A DNA stretch of 64,000 bases. Origin: an uncultured virus (IMG/VR IMGVR_UViG_3300033571_022590). Its lineage: Duplodnaviria; Heunggongvirae; Uroviricota; Caudoviricetes. Shown piece by piece: positions 36,370-47,422 of the stretch. Position 1 is the first letter of the stretch. Each line of letters begins with the position of its first letter. The translations under genes were made by a program, and so were the position numbers. The stretch is from positions 1-64,000 of the IMG/VR virus record IMGVR_UViG_3300033571_022590. One strand, 5' to 3'. The notes beneath the pieces are model-generated. The model saw only the letters and a list, made by a program, of their open reading frames with translations, searched no databases and had not been told where the DNA came from.

Positions 36370-37268
36370 ACTGTATATTTTTAACATATGATGAACCAAA
36401 TCGCGAGGAAAATTGGGTCAAAATTAAGAACATGGTACCATGGGCCCAGCGTGTGGATGGTGTTAAAGGGTCTGACGCCGCTCACAAAGCCGCCGGCGAA
36501 GCAAGTAGTACCGAGCGTTTTATTCTTATTGATGGCGACAACATTCCAGATTCTGCGTTCTTCAATCTCACACTAGAATTCCCCACAGCAGAATACGAGC
36601 AGGCAGTGTTTCGTTGGCGTGCAAGAAATCATATCAACGGACTCATGTACGGCAACGGTGGTTTGAGTTCGTGGACTCGTACCTTTGTCAAGAATATGCG
36701 CACACACGAAGCCACTGACGGGCGCAGTGAAACCGAAGTTGAATTTTGTTTTGATCCCCTGTATTGGCCCATGTATAACTGTTATTCAACCACGTATCCC
36801 AATGGTTCGGCATTTCAGGCCTGGCGTGCAGGATTTCGTGAAGGTGTCAAGATGTGCCTGAACAAAGGTGCTCGTCCCACCGTGGACGAATTCCGTGAAC
36901 GAGTACATCATAGAAATCTTGATCACCTGACCATATGGCACAACGTAGGTGCTGATGTTGACTACGGATTATGGGCCATGGCTGGTGCCAGGCAGGGCAC
37001 TTACATGACCATGTTGACCGGCTGGGATCATCGTGAGGTTCAAGATTTTGATAAACTTGCTGAGTTATGGAAAACTGTGGCCAACACTGATCCACGCTTG
37101 CTGGCCAATCGCGTGGGGCCTGATCTTGGCGGCGAGTTAGATTTGCCAATGAGCATGCTAGATGTTGATCAAAGCAAGTTCTTCAAACATCACTATCGAA
37201 GTAATTGGCACAATATGTCGGTCATGACTAGAGAAATTGATGTAATAAGACAGCAGGAAGGTTGGTAA
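36342..37268 (+). CDS. GT-A-like putative glycosyltransferase
   Basis: GGAG Shine-Dalgarno before the ATG at 36342; DCIFLTYDEPN...VDGVKGSDAAHKAA...FILIDGDN (DxD)...NGLMYGNGG...AWRAGFREGVKM. Confidence 0.65.
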   Translation: MHRVDVADLDCIFLTYDEPNREENWVKIKNMVPWAQRVDGVKGSDAAHKAAGEASSTERFILIDGDNIPDSAFFNLTLEFPTAEYEQAVFRWRARNHINGLMYGNGGLSSWTRTFVKNMRTHEATDGRSETEVEFCFDPLYWPMYNCYSTTYPNGSAFQAWRAGFREGVKMCLNKGARPTVDEFRERVHHRNLDHLTIWHNVGADVDYGLWAMAGARQGTYMTMLTGWDHREVQDFDKLAELWKTVANTDPRLLANRVGPDLGGELDLPMSMLDVDQSKFFKHHYRSNWHNMSVMTREIDVIRQQEGW

Positions 37269-37277
37269 AACAGTATC

Positions 37278-38222
37278 ATGCCCGAGCAAAATTATCTTGA
37301 ACTCAAGTTAGAAAATGATTTATTACTGGAAACCTCAGAGTTTGTGAAGTTTTGTGTGGCTCATCAACAACAACATATTGTGCTACGGGTCAACAACGAA
37401 GCTCACTGTTTAACTTATTGTGGCGTGTATGATATTCTTGATCAGTTTGATTTTGCTTCTGTAACCATAATAACTGCCAATGCCTTGGAACAGCATCCGC
37501 AATACAAAATTGAAAAAAAAGTATGGACGCACTGGCTTCAAAATATTAAAACATTTGATTTTAATTATGATTATGCCTGGAATGAACAGAAACTGTTTGG
37601 GTGTTTTTATGGTAGACCCAGTGCGCCAAGACTGGGTATTGCCACACACTTGGCTCAGCATCATTCCAGCCGATCACTTATACGCACCAAATTTGATTTT
37701 GAACGAGAAGAATCTCGAAAACTTTTTGATTTGCAAAGACTGTTTGCCTGGCAACCAGAAATTATAAATCATTTACATTTGCTGAACAATCAACAATATA
37801 TTGGTGATCAATACTATGATCGCGGTCACTACGATCAAGCCAACACTCTCAGTCACATGTATAAACATTTTTTGATTGACATTGTAGCGGAACCAGTTTG
37901 CGAAGGGCAAAGTTTTTACCCCACTGAAAAAGTTGTACGAGCCATGTTGTGTAAGCGGCCATTTATTGTCATGGCATCACAAAATTATTTGGAATACTTG
38001 CGTCAAATGGGGTTTCATACATTTTTTGAATTTTGGAATGAAGAATACGATGCTTATGATGCCAAGAATCGCTACATGAAAATACTAGATCTGATAGATC
38101 ATTTGGCCAAAAAAACACATGCTGAAATGGTAGATCTTTATTATGCAATGACCTTTCAGCTAGAGCATAATTATAAGTTGATTGTCAGTCAATCTTATAC
38201 CACAAAAATTTTACCAATATAA
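37278..38222 (+). CDS. GT10-like family protein
   Basis: DIVAEPVCEGQSFYPTEKVVRAMLCKRPFIV...GFHTFFEFWNEEYD. Confidence 0.6.
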   Translation: MPEQNYLELKLENDLLLETSEFVKFCVAHQQQHIVLRVNNEAHCLTYCGVYDILDQFDFASVTIITANALEQHPQYKIEKKVWTHWLQNIKTFDFNYDYAWNEQKLFGCFYGRPSAPRLGIATHLAQHHSSRSLIRTKFDFEREESRKLFDLQRLFAWQPEIINHLHLLNNQQYIGDQYYDRGHYDQANTLSHMYKHFLIDIVAEPVCEGQSFYPTEKVVRAMLCKRPFIVMASQNYLEYLRQMGFHTFFEFWNEEYDAYDAKNRYMKILDLIDHLAKKTHAEMVDLYYAMTFQLEHNYKLIVSQSYTTKILPI

Positions 38223-38223
38223 C

Positions 38224-39252
38224 ATGTCCAAACAAGTATTGATCACAGGCGGTGCTGGTTTCATTGCACATCACATGATTGAGCATATCATACAGACCAC
38301 GACCTGGAACGTGATTTGCCTGGATCGTCTTGATTTCAGCGGAAATTTAAATCGTCTGCACGAGATATTAGCAAAATTTTTGCCGCAAGATCAAAGTCGA
38401 GTCAAGATTGTGTATCATGATCTCAAAGCTGAAATTAATTCTATGATTGCGGCCGATATCGGGCAGGTAGACTATGTGTTGCATCTTGCGGCCAGTAGTC
38501 ATGTTGATCGTAGCATATCAAGACCCATGGATTTTGTCATGGACAACGTGGTTGGTACTGTGAATTTGTTGCAGTGGGCCAGAACACAAAACAATTTAGA
38601 AAAATTCATGTATTTCAGCACGGATGAAATTTTTGGTCCTGCACCTGCTGGTGTGGCCTACAAAGAACGAGATAGGTACAACTCTACAAATCCTTATTCA
38701 GCCAGCAAGGCTGCTGGCGAGGAAATGTGTGTGGCTTTTGAAAACACCTATGGCCTACCCATAGTGATCACACATACCATGAATGTGTTTGGTGAGCGGC
38801 AACATCCAGAAAAATTTATTCCACTGTGTGTGCGCAAGGTCCTGGCTGGTGAAACCATCAAGATTCACAGCAACAAGGACCGCACACAAGCTGGTAGCAG
38901 ACACTACATTCATGCCAAGGATGTGGCTGCAGGTGCCATGTTTATTTTAAATGTCAGCCCTGACAATGTAGTTAAAGATTACGGCGGAGCTCGGTGTCCC
39001 AAATTTAATTTGGTAGGTGCTGAAGAAATTGATAATCTTGCTCTGGCTCAATTGGTGGCGCAGTCTGTGGGGAAACCTTTGCATTATGAACTTGTGGATT
39101 TTCACAGCAGTCGCCCAGGGCATGATCTTAGATATGCACTCAACGGTGATTTCATGGCTTCCCTGGGCTGGAAGCCAACAATCAAACTGTCGGATCGCAT
39201 TCAGCAAGTGGTAGCATGGACCCTGCAAAATCCGCAATGGATACAATCATGA
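38224..39252 (+). CDS. rfbB: dTDP-glucose 4,6-dehydratase (RmlB/RfbB-like)
   Basis: GGAGFIA, HLAASSHVDRSI, STDE, PYSASK, QHPEKFIP and RPGHDLRYA. Confidence 0.9.
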   Translation: MSKQVLITGGAGFIAHHMIEHIIQTTTWNVICLDRLDFSGNLNRLHEILAKFLPQDQSRVKIVYHDLKAEINSMIAADIGQVDYVLHLAASSHVDRSISRPMDFVMDNVVGTVNLLQWARTQNNLEKFMYFSTDEIFGPAPAGVAYKERDRYNSTNPYSASKAAGEEMCVAFENTYGLPIVITHTMNVFGERQHPEKFIPLCVRKVLAGETIKIHSNKDRTQAGSRHYIHAKDVAAGAMFILNVSPDNVVKDYGGARCPKFNLVGAEEIDNLALAQLVAQSVGKPLHYELVDFHSSRPGHDLRYALNGDFMASLGWKPTIKLSDRIQQVVAWTLQNPQWIQS

Positions 39253-40100
39253 CCAAGCCTGTGTTACCTTTTGTGGAAATCATGGCCACACAGGCCTGCA
39301 ATATCAGTTGTACAGGTTGTACAAATTACAGTGATCTCAATCACAAAGGATGGTTGTCCTGGGAACAAGCTCGAGCACAAATTACGCCATGGCTACAACG
39401 AGTCGACATTCCTGATTTTGGTATTCTTGGTGGAGAACCTTTGTTGAATCCTGAAATACGCGACTGGATCCGTGGCATAAGAGAACTCATGCCCAAGGCA
39501 CAGATAAGATTTACCACAAATGGGTTATTGTTAGACAAGAATCTTGATATCGTTGATTTAGCAGCAGAAGTGGGAAACATTGTTTTTAAAATTGGAGTAC
39601 ACACAGACAGTTTAGCCATTGAACAAACAATTGATTATATTTTAAATAGATTTGATTGGCAACCAGTGACCGAGTTTGGTATCAATCGGTTACTCACTAA
39701 AAACAAATTTAGATTTCAAATAAATCGGCCAACTACTTTTTGGAAAAGTTTTCGAGGTGACTATACAAACATGCAACCTCACAACAGTAATCCAGCCGAG
39801 GCTTTTTCAATTTGTTGCCAGAAGACTTGTCCATTACTATATCAAGGAAAAATATACAAATGCAGCACCAGTGGTTTACTGTTAGATGTGTTAGAAAAAT
39901 TTGGGCACCAAGACAACACCGAGTGGCTTCCGTTTATTAGCCAAGGATTACAGCCAGATTGCACAGATCAACAATTACAAGAATTTTTGAATAATTTTGG
40001 ACGTCCACACAAGATCTGTGGCCAATGTCCAACACAAAAAGATCTGGGCAGTAAAATAGTGCATCTACAAAACGTGCATACCAAAAAAATCAAATCATGA
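39249..40100 (+). CDS. Radical SAM protein with C-terminal cysteines
   Basis: CNISCTGC, GGEPLL, TTNG; C-terminal CC..C...YKC and CGQC. Confidence 0.9.
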   Translation: MTKPVLPFVEIMATQACNISCTGCTNYSDLNHKGWLSWEQARAQITPWLQRVDIPDFGILGGEPLLNPEIRDWIRGIRELMPKAQIRFTTNGLLLDKNLDIVDLAAEVGNIVFKIGVHTDSLAIEQTIDYILNRFDWQPVTEFGINRLLTKNKFRFQINRPTTFWKSFRGDYTNMQPHNSNPAEAFSICCQKTCPLLYQGKIYKCSTSGLLLDVLEKFGHQDNTEWLPFISQGLQPDCTDQQLQEFLNNFGRPHKICGQCPTQKDLGSKIVHLQNVHTKKIKS

Positions 40101-41146
40101 ACACGTGCTTGCCAATATCTGTACAAACACAAGATCGAAAAATTTATCGTAAAGATAGATTAGTTGCGGCCTTTTTTCAAGCACGAGAACAGAATAAAAA
40201 TTTAGAAATAGATTTTTACCCTGAGGGTAGTTGTGCCACGTCATTGCGATTGTATGAAATTTTGGATGAACTTTGTGAAAAATACAATTTTGATAAATCA
40301 CGAATCACAATCAAAACTGCCAATCTTTTAGAACAACATGATCACTACCGTATAGTTTGTGTTCCTAGTTACTGGTATGAGATTCGGGAAATCCAGGCCT
40401 GGGTGACCAAGAATTCCATAGATACTGGAATTATGCCCACGCGGCATTTTGGTTGCTTTGTGAGTAGAAGTACCTGGTCCAGACTATGGGTTTCCACGTA
40501 TCTTAACAAACATCACGCAGATAAAACTTTGCAAACTTATCACTATGATCGTACCAGACAAAACTACAATGGCAACGGCTATGTGGGTCTTGATGATCTT
40601 TTTCAGTTTGGTTGCAATATCATACCTGACTGTGCAAATTTTTTGACCACGTGTCCTAGAACCATTGATCTTGATTTTTTAAAAACGTATAAAAATGCAA
40701 AATCGTTATTTCAGCACGGCGACAGTTACTATCCAATTCAAGTACCTGCCAACATGAATTTGCTGAACTACTATCATGACATATTTGTAGACATTGTTAC
40801 AGAACCAAATGTCATGGGCACAAACTTTTTAGTCACTGAAAAACTTTGGAGATGCATTGTGGCCAGGAGACCTTTTATTGTGCTTGGTACTGCAAACTAT
40901 TTGCATAATTTGAGAAAGTTGGGATTTGACACTTTTTATCAGTACTGGGACGAGAGTTATGATGGACAAATTGGACAAACCAGAATTGGTCATATGCTAG
41001 AAGTTATTGACAGGTTGGCGACTTGGGATACTGAACAATGCAGTCAGACACTCAACCGCATGCAACCCATACTTGATCATAATTTACAAGTTTTTAAATC
41101 GCTTGATTACAACAAACTTGCCAAGGTATTTGACATCAATGACTGA
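40097..41146 (+). CDS. GT10-like family protein
   Basis: DIVTEPNVMGTNFLVTEKLWRCIVARRPFIVLG...GFDTFYQYWDESYD. Confidence 0.6.
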   Translation: MNTCLPISVQTQDRKIYRKDRLVAAFFQAREQNKNLEIDFYPEGSCATSLRLYEILDELCEKYNFDKSRITIKTANLLEQHDHYRIVCVPSYWYEIREIQAWVTKNSIDTGIMPTRHFGCFVSRSTWSRLWVSTYLNKHHADKTLQTYHYDRTRQNYNGNGYVGLDDLFQFGCNIIPDCANFLTTCPRTIDLDFLKTYKNAKSLFQHGDSYYPIQVPANMNLLNYYHDIFVDIVTEPNVMGTNFLVTEKLWRCIVARRPFIVLGTANYLHNLRKLGFDTFYQYWDESYDGQIGQTRIGHMLEVIDRLATWDTEQCSQTLNRMQPILDHNLQVFKSLDYNKLAKVFDIND

Positions 41147-42533
41147 TAAATCAGATTTTTACTCAGCCGCCGAACACATGCGTGATGTGCTAGGCAAAGG
41201 CATGTGCCTGGCCAAGTGGAAACAGGTAAGCCTGCACTTGCCTACCGGACTCAATAATTCATGTTATCACCCACCTTTGCATGAAATACCAGCTGATTTG
41301 TTGACTTCCAATCCCAGTGCCTTGCACAACACTCCTTACAAAAAACAGCAAAGACAGATCATGCTACGTCAAGAACGTCCGCAAGAATGCAGTTATTGTT
41401 GGGCCATGGAAGACAACGGCAAACTCAGTGACAGACATTATAGAAGTGGTGAGCCTTGGGCTGCCAAAGATTTTGATACGATCATAAATTCCACAGGAGA
41501 TGAAGATGTTTTACCTAGTTATGTTGAAGTCAATTTTAATCATGCTTGTAATCTTAAATGTAGTTACTGTAGTCCACAATTCAGTTCAACCTGGCAGCAA
41601 GAAGTGGATCAGCTTGGCGCTTATCCTACTAGCACTCAACACAATGATCCTGATTATTTTAGGGGTCGCCGTAAGCCTATTCCTGTTCGCGAACATAATC
41701 CATACGTAGAAGCCTTTTGGCAGTGGTGGCCTACTTTGTATCCAGAGTTAGAACATTTTAGAATGACTGGTGGTGAGCCGCTCATGGACCGGAATACCTA
41801 TCGTGTGTTTGATTATGTGCTAGAGAATCCTAGCAAAAAATTGCATCTAAATGTGACCAGTAATTTCACTGTGGAAGAAAATTTGTGGAAAAAATACAAA
41901 GACTATGTGCGAAGGCTGTGTGACACTGATGATGTCAAACTGGAACACTTCATGCAGTATGTCAGTCTTGATGCCTGGGGCGCACAGGCCGAATACATCA
42001 GACACGGTCTAGATTTTGAATTGTTGTGGGATCGAGTCAATCAATACCTGGAAGAAATACCTTATAGAAACAGTTTGACATTTATAGTGACCATGAACAA
42101 TTTGAGTGTAACCACACTGGCAAATTTGTTTGCTGGCATCCTTGGGTTAAGACAAACCTACAGCAAAACCTATCAACGTGTATGGTTTGACACACCAGTA
42201 TTGCGTCAACCAGAGTGGCAAAGTCTACAGATTCTACCTGAAAGTTATGCTGAAAAATTAGAACACTTGTGGGCCTGGATGATTCGACAAACAGAACGTC
42301 CTGAAGATCCATTTCACGGTTTCAAGGATTATGAAATTGCCCGGCTGGATCGAGACATAGCCTGGATGCGTAGTGGTCAGAACCTGGACCCTGCAGTATT
42401 ACAGTCCAGAAAAGCTGACTTTTACAGATTTTTCAACGAACATGATCGCAGGCGCGGCACTGACTTTTTGAAGACTTTTCCTGACATGGCCTCTTGGTGG
42501 AAGGAGTGCGAATATCATGCTAGGCAATCATAA
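41139..42533 (+). CDS. Radical SAM protein with an N-terminal Twitch/SPASM-like Cys domain
   Basis: CLAKW...SCYHP...CSYCW, then CNLKCSYC and TGGEP. Confidence 0.9.
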   Translation: MTDKSDFYSAAEHMRDVLGKGMCLAKWKQVSLHLPTGLNNSCYHPPLHEIPADLLTSNPSALHNTPYKKQQRQIMLRQERPQECSYCWAMEDNGKLSDRHYRSGEPWAAKDFDTIINSTGDEDVLPSYVEVNFNHACNLKCSYCSPQFSSTWQQEVDQLGAYPTSTQHNDPDYFRGRRKPIPVREHNPYVEAFWQWWPTLYPELEHFRMTGGEPLMDRNTYRVFDYVLENPSKKLHLNVTSNFTVEENLWKKYKDYVRRLCDTDDVKLEHFMQYVSLDAWGAQAEYIRHGLDFELLWDRVNQYLEEIPYRNSLTFIVTMNNLSVTTLANLFAGILGLRQTYSKTYQRVWFDTPVLRQPEWQSLQILPESYAEKLEHLWAWMIRQTERPEDPFHGFKDYEIARLDRDIAWMRSGQNLDPAVLQSRKADFYRFFNEHDRRRGTDFLKTFPDMASWWKECEYHARQS

Positions 42534-43629
42534 AGTGGTTGTTGACGAGTGGGCTGAAGTCTGGGACCTACTACGGCCTTATGCAGATGCAAGTTTTTGG
42601 CGTTGGGAAGACGTACCGCTTGATCCAGATACCATATATGTTGTGGGACGAGTGGTACTCAAACAAAATTGGATCAGTATTACTGAGTGGGCAAAGCGTC
42701 ATCCTGGTAAGATAATTTTTAGTAATCCAGCCGAAGGTAGTCAAACCATACTGTTACAGTTACAACGCATGCGCATTGTTGATTTGGTAAAAAATGGTTC
42801 GATAGGTTTGTTGACTTCAGGAGATCTTGAACCAGGCTGGAAATATTGTCAAACCGACTGTTACTTTTCCAATATTGTAGAATATTTAGAAAACATAGAT
42901 GCCCACACATATTCAAGTCAGGTTAGAGAAAAAATTCAAAAACCTTATAATTTTTTGATGCTGAATGGTCGACTACGGCCACATCGTAAGGCCTTGATCG
43001 ACGCACTGCGTGAAAAAAATTTATTGGATCGGGCCCTATGGACCAATCTTGGCAGCAGAGTTGAAATGGAGTTTACCAGTCAACTGCAAACCAACAAATT
43101 AGAATCCATAAGATTGTTGCCGCCCGAATACGAAATTGAGCGTGCAAGGCCCAATCTAACTGCCAGCATGTACACTGACGGTGGATTTGTCAAACACCAA
43201 TTATTCAATAATACCTGGGGCGATGCCATTGTAAATCCACAGGCCTATATTGACACCTATTTTAGTCTAGTTACGGAAACCATATTTGATTATCCTTACA
43301 CTTTTAGAACAGAAAAAATTTGGAAACCCATGATCATGCAACACCCCTTTGTGGTGGCGGCCAACACAGGTTATTATCGAGATTTGCGAAAAGCTGGGTT
43401 CCGTACTTTTGATCATTTAATTGATGAAAGTTTTGATCAAATTGACAACAGTGCCGACAGAATTTCGCGTATAATACAAGTTGTTGATGCAATAATTTCT
43501 AATGGTGCAGATGAATTCTTAAAAGCCAGTGAAGATGTATGTAAATATAACTATCTGCACCTGCGCGAACACAATCAACGTGAGCGTGATCAATTGCCTA
43601 TGAAATTAACCCAGTATATCAATGAATGA
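42517..43629 (+). CDS. GT10-like family protein
   Basis: LNGRLRPHR; SLVTETIFDYPYTFRTEKIWKPMIMQHPFVV...GFRTFDHLIDESFD. Confidence 0.6.
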   Translation: MLGNHKVVVDEWAEVWDLLRPYADASFWRWEDVPLDPDTIYVVGRVVLKQNWISITEWAKRHPGKIIFSNPAEGSQTILLQLQRMRIVDLVKNGSIGLLTSGDLEPGWKYCQTDCYFSNIVEYLENIDAHTYSSQVREKIQKPYNFLMLNGRLRPHRKALIDALREKNLLDRALWTNLGSRVEMEFTSQLQTNKLESIRLLPPEYEIERARPNLTASMYTDGGFVKHQLFNNTWGDAIVNPQAYIDTYFSLVTETIFDYPYTFRTEKIWKPMIMQHPFVVAANTGYYRDLRKAGFRTFDHLIDESFDQIDNSADRISRIIQVVDAIISNGADEFLKASEDVCKYNYLHLREHNQRERDQLPMKLTQYINE

Positions 43630-44962
43630 TTTAGAATTTCGTCGTCAAGTATTGGACACTAAAAGTGCCAGCTTTTGTGCGGCCAAATGGTACAATGCCA
43701 CCATATGGTTGGGCTCAGGTCAGACCACTAGTTGCCATCATCCACCAGCACACACTATTGGAGAAGAGTTTCGAATCAACCCGCGGGCAATTCATAACAC
43801 TGCTCAAAAAAAAGAAGATCGTCGCATGATGTTGGCTGGTGAAAGACCACCTGGATGCGAGTACTGCTGGAAGATCGAAGACATGGGCGTGGATGCTGTG
43901 AGTGATCGTGTGTACAAAAGCAAAATTTATCCTATCGAGGCCCTGGATCAAGCATTTGGCACACCGGTCGAAGCCGACGTGAATCTTCGCACGCTGGAAA
44001 TTGCTTTCGATCGCACTTGTCAATTTGCCTGCTCGTACTGTAATCCAGCGTTCAGTAGCACCTGGGTCAAGGACATCAAGAACAACGGAGCCTATGAAAA
44101 TTTAATCAGCGACGGGCGCAATCATTTTACACACGAACACGACAGTGCTCAACTCTATCGCTTTGGCGAAACCAATCCCTATGTTGAAGCCTTTTTTGCC
44201 TGGTGGGAAACAGACCTGCATCGTACTTTGCAAGAATTAAGAATCACTGGCGGTGAACCAACCATGAGTGGCGAGCTATGGAAGTTGATTGATTGGTTCA
44301 AAGACAATCAAGGCAAGAGCCAAACACGCTTGGCCATCAACTCAAATCTGGGCATGGATCGTCTCCGGTTGTTGGACTTTATCAAACGTGTGGAAGGTAT
44401 TCCGCACCTGGAAATTTACACCAGCATGGAAGCCACTGATGCTCAAGCCGAATACATCAGAGATGGTCTGGATTACGATCTATGGATGCACAATGTACAA
44501 GAATTGTTGGAACACGATGACATACGTGCTGTGCATTGTATGTGTACTATCAACGCCCTGTGCCTGGACAGCCTACCAGATCTGCTGGATCAATTGATGC
44601 GACTCAAACAGGTTTATACCCGTGAGCGTGTGAACTTTACATTGAACATATTGAGATTCCCCAGCTTCCAGAGTGCCCTGGTCCTGCCAGATGCCATACG
44701 TACACAGTACAGACACAATCTTGAAACCTGGTTGAAACTCAATCAAGCCAATCCCTTGTTGCACGAGCATGAAATCAATCACATGCAGAGATTGATCGAC
44801 TATCTTGATGTGGTCAAGACCCCGCACAGTGACACATTTGAAATGCCAAAACTGCACAACGATTTTAAAAAATTCTATCAACAATATGATCAACGACGCA
44901 ACAAAAACTTTGTTGATACTTTTCCTAACCTAGCCGATTGGTTCAATGACATACCAGTATAA
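43622..44962 (+). CDS. Radical SAM protein with an N-terminal Twitch/SPASM-like domain
   Basis: FCAAKW...SCHHP...CEYCW, then CQFACSYC and TGGEP. Confidence 0.9.
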   Translation: MNDLEFRRQVLDTKSASFCAAKWYNATIWLGSGQTTSCHHPPAHTIGEEFRINPRAIHNTAQKKEDRRMMLAGERPPGCEYCWKIEDMGVDAVSDRVYKSKIYPIEALDQAFGTPVEADVNLRTLEIAFDRTCQFACSYCNPAFSSTWVKDIKNNGAYENLISDGRNHFTHEHDSAQLYRFGETNPYVEAFFAWWETDLHRTLQELRITGGEPTMSGELWKLIDWFKDNQGKSQTRLAINSNLGMDRLRLLDFIKRVEGIPHLEIYTSMEATDAQAEYIRDGLDYDLWMHNVQELLEHDDIRAVHCMCTINALCLDSLPDLLDQLMRLKQVYTRERVNFTLNILRFPSFQSALVLPDAIRTQYRHNLETWLKLNQANPLLHEHEINHMQRLIDYLDVVKTPHSDTFEMPKLHNDFKKFYQQYDQRRNKNFVDTFPNLADWFNDIPV

Positions 44963-46205
44963 CAGTGCAGACCTAGTCAAGCCGGTAGAGCTGACTGAAC
45001 GTGAAGAATTTTTACTAAAAGATAGTAAAACATTCTGCATCTATCCTTGGATACACTTGCATGCCTATCCCACAGGTGAAGCCTATCCTTGTTGCCATGC
45101 TGAAATGAAACCCGGGGTTGTAGGAAACTGTCGCGAAAAAACCCTGGCAGAGATATGGGTTGACGAACCCATGCAACGACTACGCAAAGACATGCTGACA
45201 GAAACACCCAACCCGGCATGCACAAGATGTTATGAACAAGAACAAGCCGGATTCTTCAGTGGCAGAAAAAGTGCCAACAAGCATCACGGACACCATATCA
45301 AGAAGTTGGAATCAAATCCATTTGAGATGACCTACTGGGACATACGATTCAGTAACTTGTGCAATCTCAGTTGTCGTAGTTGCGGGCATATTTTCAGTAG
45401 TAGTTGGTACCAAGATCAAGCTGTGCTGGCTGGCCCTGAATGGAAGAGCAACAATAAGCCTTTGAACTATGCTGGACGTACCGAAACCGACATCTGGGAA
45501 CAATTGATTCCGCATCTTGATCATGTGGAACAGATTTACTTTGCCGGTGGCGAACCGCTCATGATGGAAGAGCATTACAACATTCTTGAGGAACTAGAAC
45601 GCCGTGGCAGGTTTGATGTGCGTTTGATTTACAACACCAACTTCACACACGTCAAGCTCAAAGATCGCTGGGTGTTTGATTATTGGAAAAAGTTTAAATC
45701 AGTGGCAGTGGGTGCCAGCTTGGATGCCATGGGTCTGCGTGCCGAATACATTAGGAAAGGCACAGTATGGAAGACGGTTGAAAACAATCGACGCCAGATG
45801 CTGTTGGAATGTCCACATGTGGACTTTTATATCAGCCCCACCCTCAGTATATTAAATGCCTGGCACCTGCCCGATTTCCATCGTGACTGGAGCGAAAAAG
45901 GTCTGATCAGACCACAGGATCTCAACGTGAACATACTGCAAGACCCGGCCTACTATCGCATAGATATCGCACCTACGGAATACAAACAGAAGTTGCGTAA
46001 AAAGTTTGAAGAACATCTGGCATGGTTACAATCACAAGACATGTTGAATCGTGCCAGCGTGGGATTTGAAAGTGCCATAAACTTCTTGATGAACACTGAC
46101 AACACTGCACTGATACCCAAGTTTTGGGACAAGACCAATCAACTTGATAGCATACGCAATGAAAATCTATTGCGAGTCATTCCTGAACTTGAGGCTCTTA
46201 AATGA
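44946..46205 (+). CDS. Radical SAM protein with an N-terminal Twitch/SPASM-like domain
   Basis: FCIYPW...PCC...CTRC, then CNLSCRSC, AGGEP and YNTN. Confidence 0.92.
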   Translation: MTYQYNSADLVKPVELTEREEFLLKDSKTFCIYPWIHLHAYPTGEAYPCCHAEMKPGVVGNCREKTLAEIWVDEPMQRLRKDMLTETPNPACTRCYEQEQAGFFSGRKSANKHHGHHIKKLESNPFEMTYWDIRFSNLCNLSCRSCGHIFSSSWYQDQAVLAGPEWKSNNKPLNYAGRTETDIWEQLIPHLDHVEQIYFAGGEPLMMEEHYNILEELERRGRFDVRLIYNTNFTHVKLKDRWVFDYWKKFKSVAVGASLDAMGLRAEYIRKGTVWKTVENNRRQMLLECPHVDFYISPTLSILNAWHLPDFHRDWSEKGLIRPQDLNVNILQDPAYYRIDIAPTEYKQKLRKKFEEHLAWLQSQDMLNRASVGFESAINFLMNTDNTALIPKFWDKTNQLDSIRNENLLRVIPELEALK

Positions 46206-47422
46206 ACTTGCCACACGATCAATTTTGTGTATTACCTTGGATCAGCTTAGAAGCCAGTCCCATTGGCACTGTGAGACCTTGTTGTTTAGCTGACGACGAA
46301 ATTGTAGATGAACAAGGCGAAAAATTCAATTTGTCTTCAGCCAACTTTGGAAGCATACAATCTAGTCGTCACATGACACAGCTCAGACAAGATTTCTTGT
46401 CGGGTAAAAAACCACAAACTTGTAGAAAGTGTTGGAACGAAGAACGTGCTGGTCGTACCAGCAAACGCATGCACACTCTTGACAGACTCAAACATATTTT
46501 GCCCGATCAGGAGTGGACGCAGGATGCCAAACCCTTGATGTTCTTGGATCTCAAATTGGGCAATATCTGTAATTTGAAATGTAGAATTTGTGGCTCCTGG
46601 AGCTCCAGTCAATTTGCCACAGAAGAATTGGCTGACATGCCTTTGGAAACCGACAAAAAAACTACCTTTCCCTATCAAATGTTGCGTGCGGGATCATGGC
46701 CCAGAGACAACAAACAATTTTGGCAACAAATTGACCAGCACCTACACGATATTAGGTACATTGAATTCACTGGTGGTGAACCATTCATGATTCAAGAACA
46801 CTTTGACATGTTGCAAGGCATAGTAGATCGCGGCATTGCGCATCAAGTGGAAATACACTACAACACCAATGGCACTCAATGGCCCGAACAGGCCGAACAA
46901 ATATGGCAACATTTTCGCACAGTGGAAATTGCATTCAGCATCGATGACATTGGTGAAAGATTTGAATATCAACGTAGCAACGCTGTCTGGACTGAAGTAT
47001 GTGCGAATCTTGAAAAATTCAACAAGTTAAAACAGCGACATTCAAATATTGTGCTACAAATTTGTACCACAGTGAATGTTTTCAACATACGGTATCTTGA
47101 TCAAGTGGCTGCTTGGATTGACTCTCATAAAGAAAATTTTAACTTTGTGTACTGGAATATCATGCATGATGCCTGGTATTTCAGTATTTCTACCTTGCCA
47201 GACACAGTGAAAAAATCCTTGACAGAATACTTGACGTCTGTTGCGATACCAGAACAGTACAAATCAGAAATTCAAGGCATAATTGAATTTATGAATCGTG
47301 GTGCTTCCACAGATGGATTCATGTTAAAATTAAAAATAAAAGATCTAGATCGCAAGCGCGGTCAAAATCTTGCTCTAGTAGAGCCAGAGTTTGCTCAATT
47401 GATTGACTATGCCGGCCCCTAA
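46202..47422 (+). CDS. Radical SAM protein with an N-terminal Twitch/SPASM-like domain
   Basis: FCVLPW...PCC...CRKC, then CNLKCRIC, TGGEP and YNTNG. Confidence 0.92.
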   Translation: MNLPHDQFCVLPWISLEASPIGTVRPCCLADDEIVDEQGEKFNLSSANFGSIQSSRHMTQLRQDFLSGKKPQTCRKCWNEERAGRTSKRMHTLDRLKHILPDQEWTQDAKPLMFLDLKLGNICNLKCRICGSWSSSQFATEELADMPLETDKKTTFPYQMLRAGSWPRDNKQFWQQIDQHLHDIRYIEFTGGEPFMIQEHFDMLQGIVDRGIAHQVEIHYNTNGTQWPEQAEQIWQHFRTVEIAFSIDDIGERFEYQRSNAVWTEVCANLEKFNKLKQRHSNIVLQICTTVNVFNIRYLDQVAAWIDSHKENFNFVYWNIMHDAWYFSISTLPDTVKKSLTEYLTSVAIPEQYKSEIQGIIEFMNRGASTDGFMLKLKIKDLDRKRGQNLALVEPEFAQLIDYAGP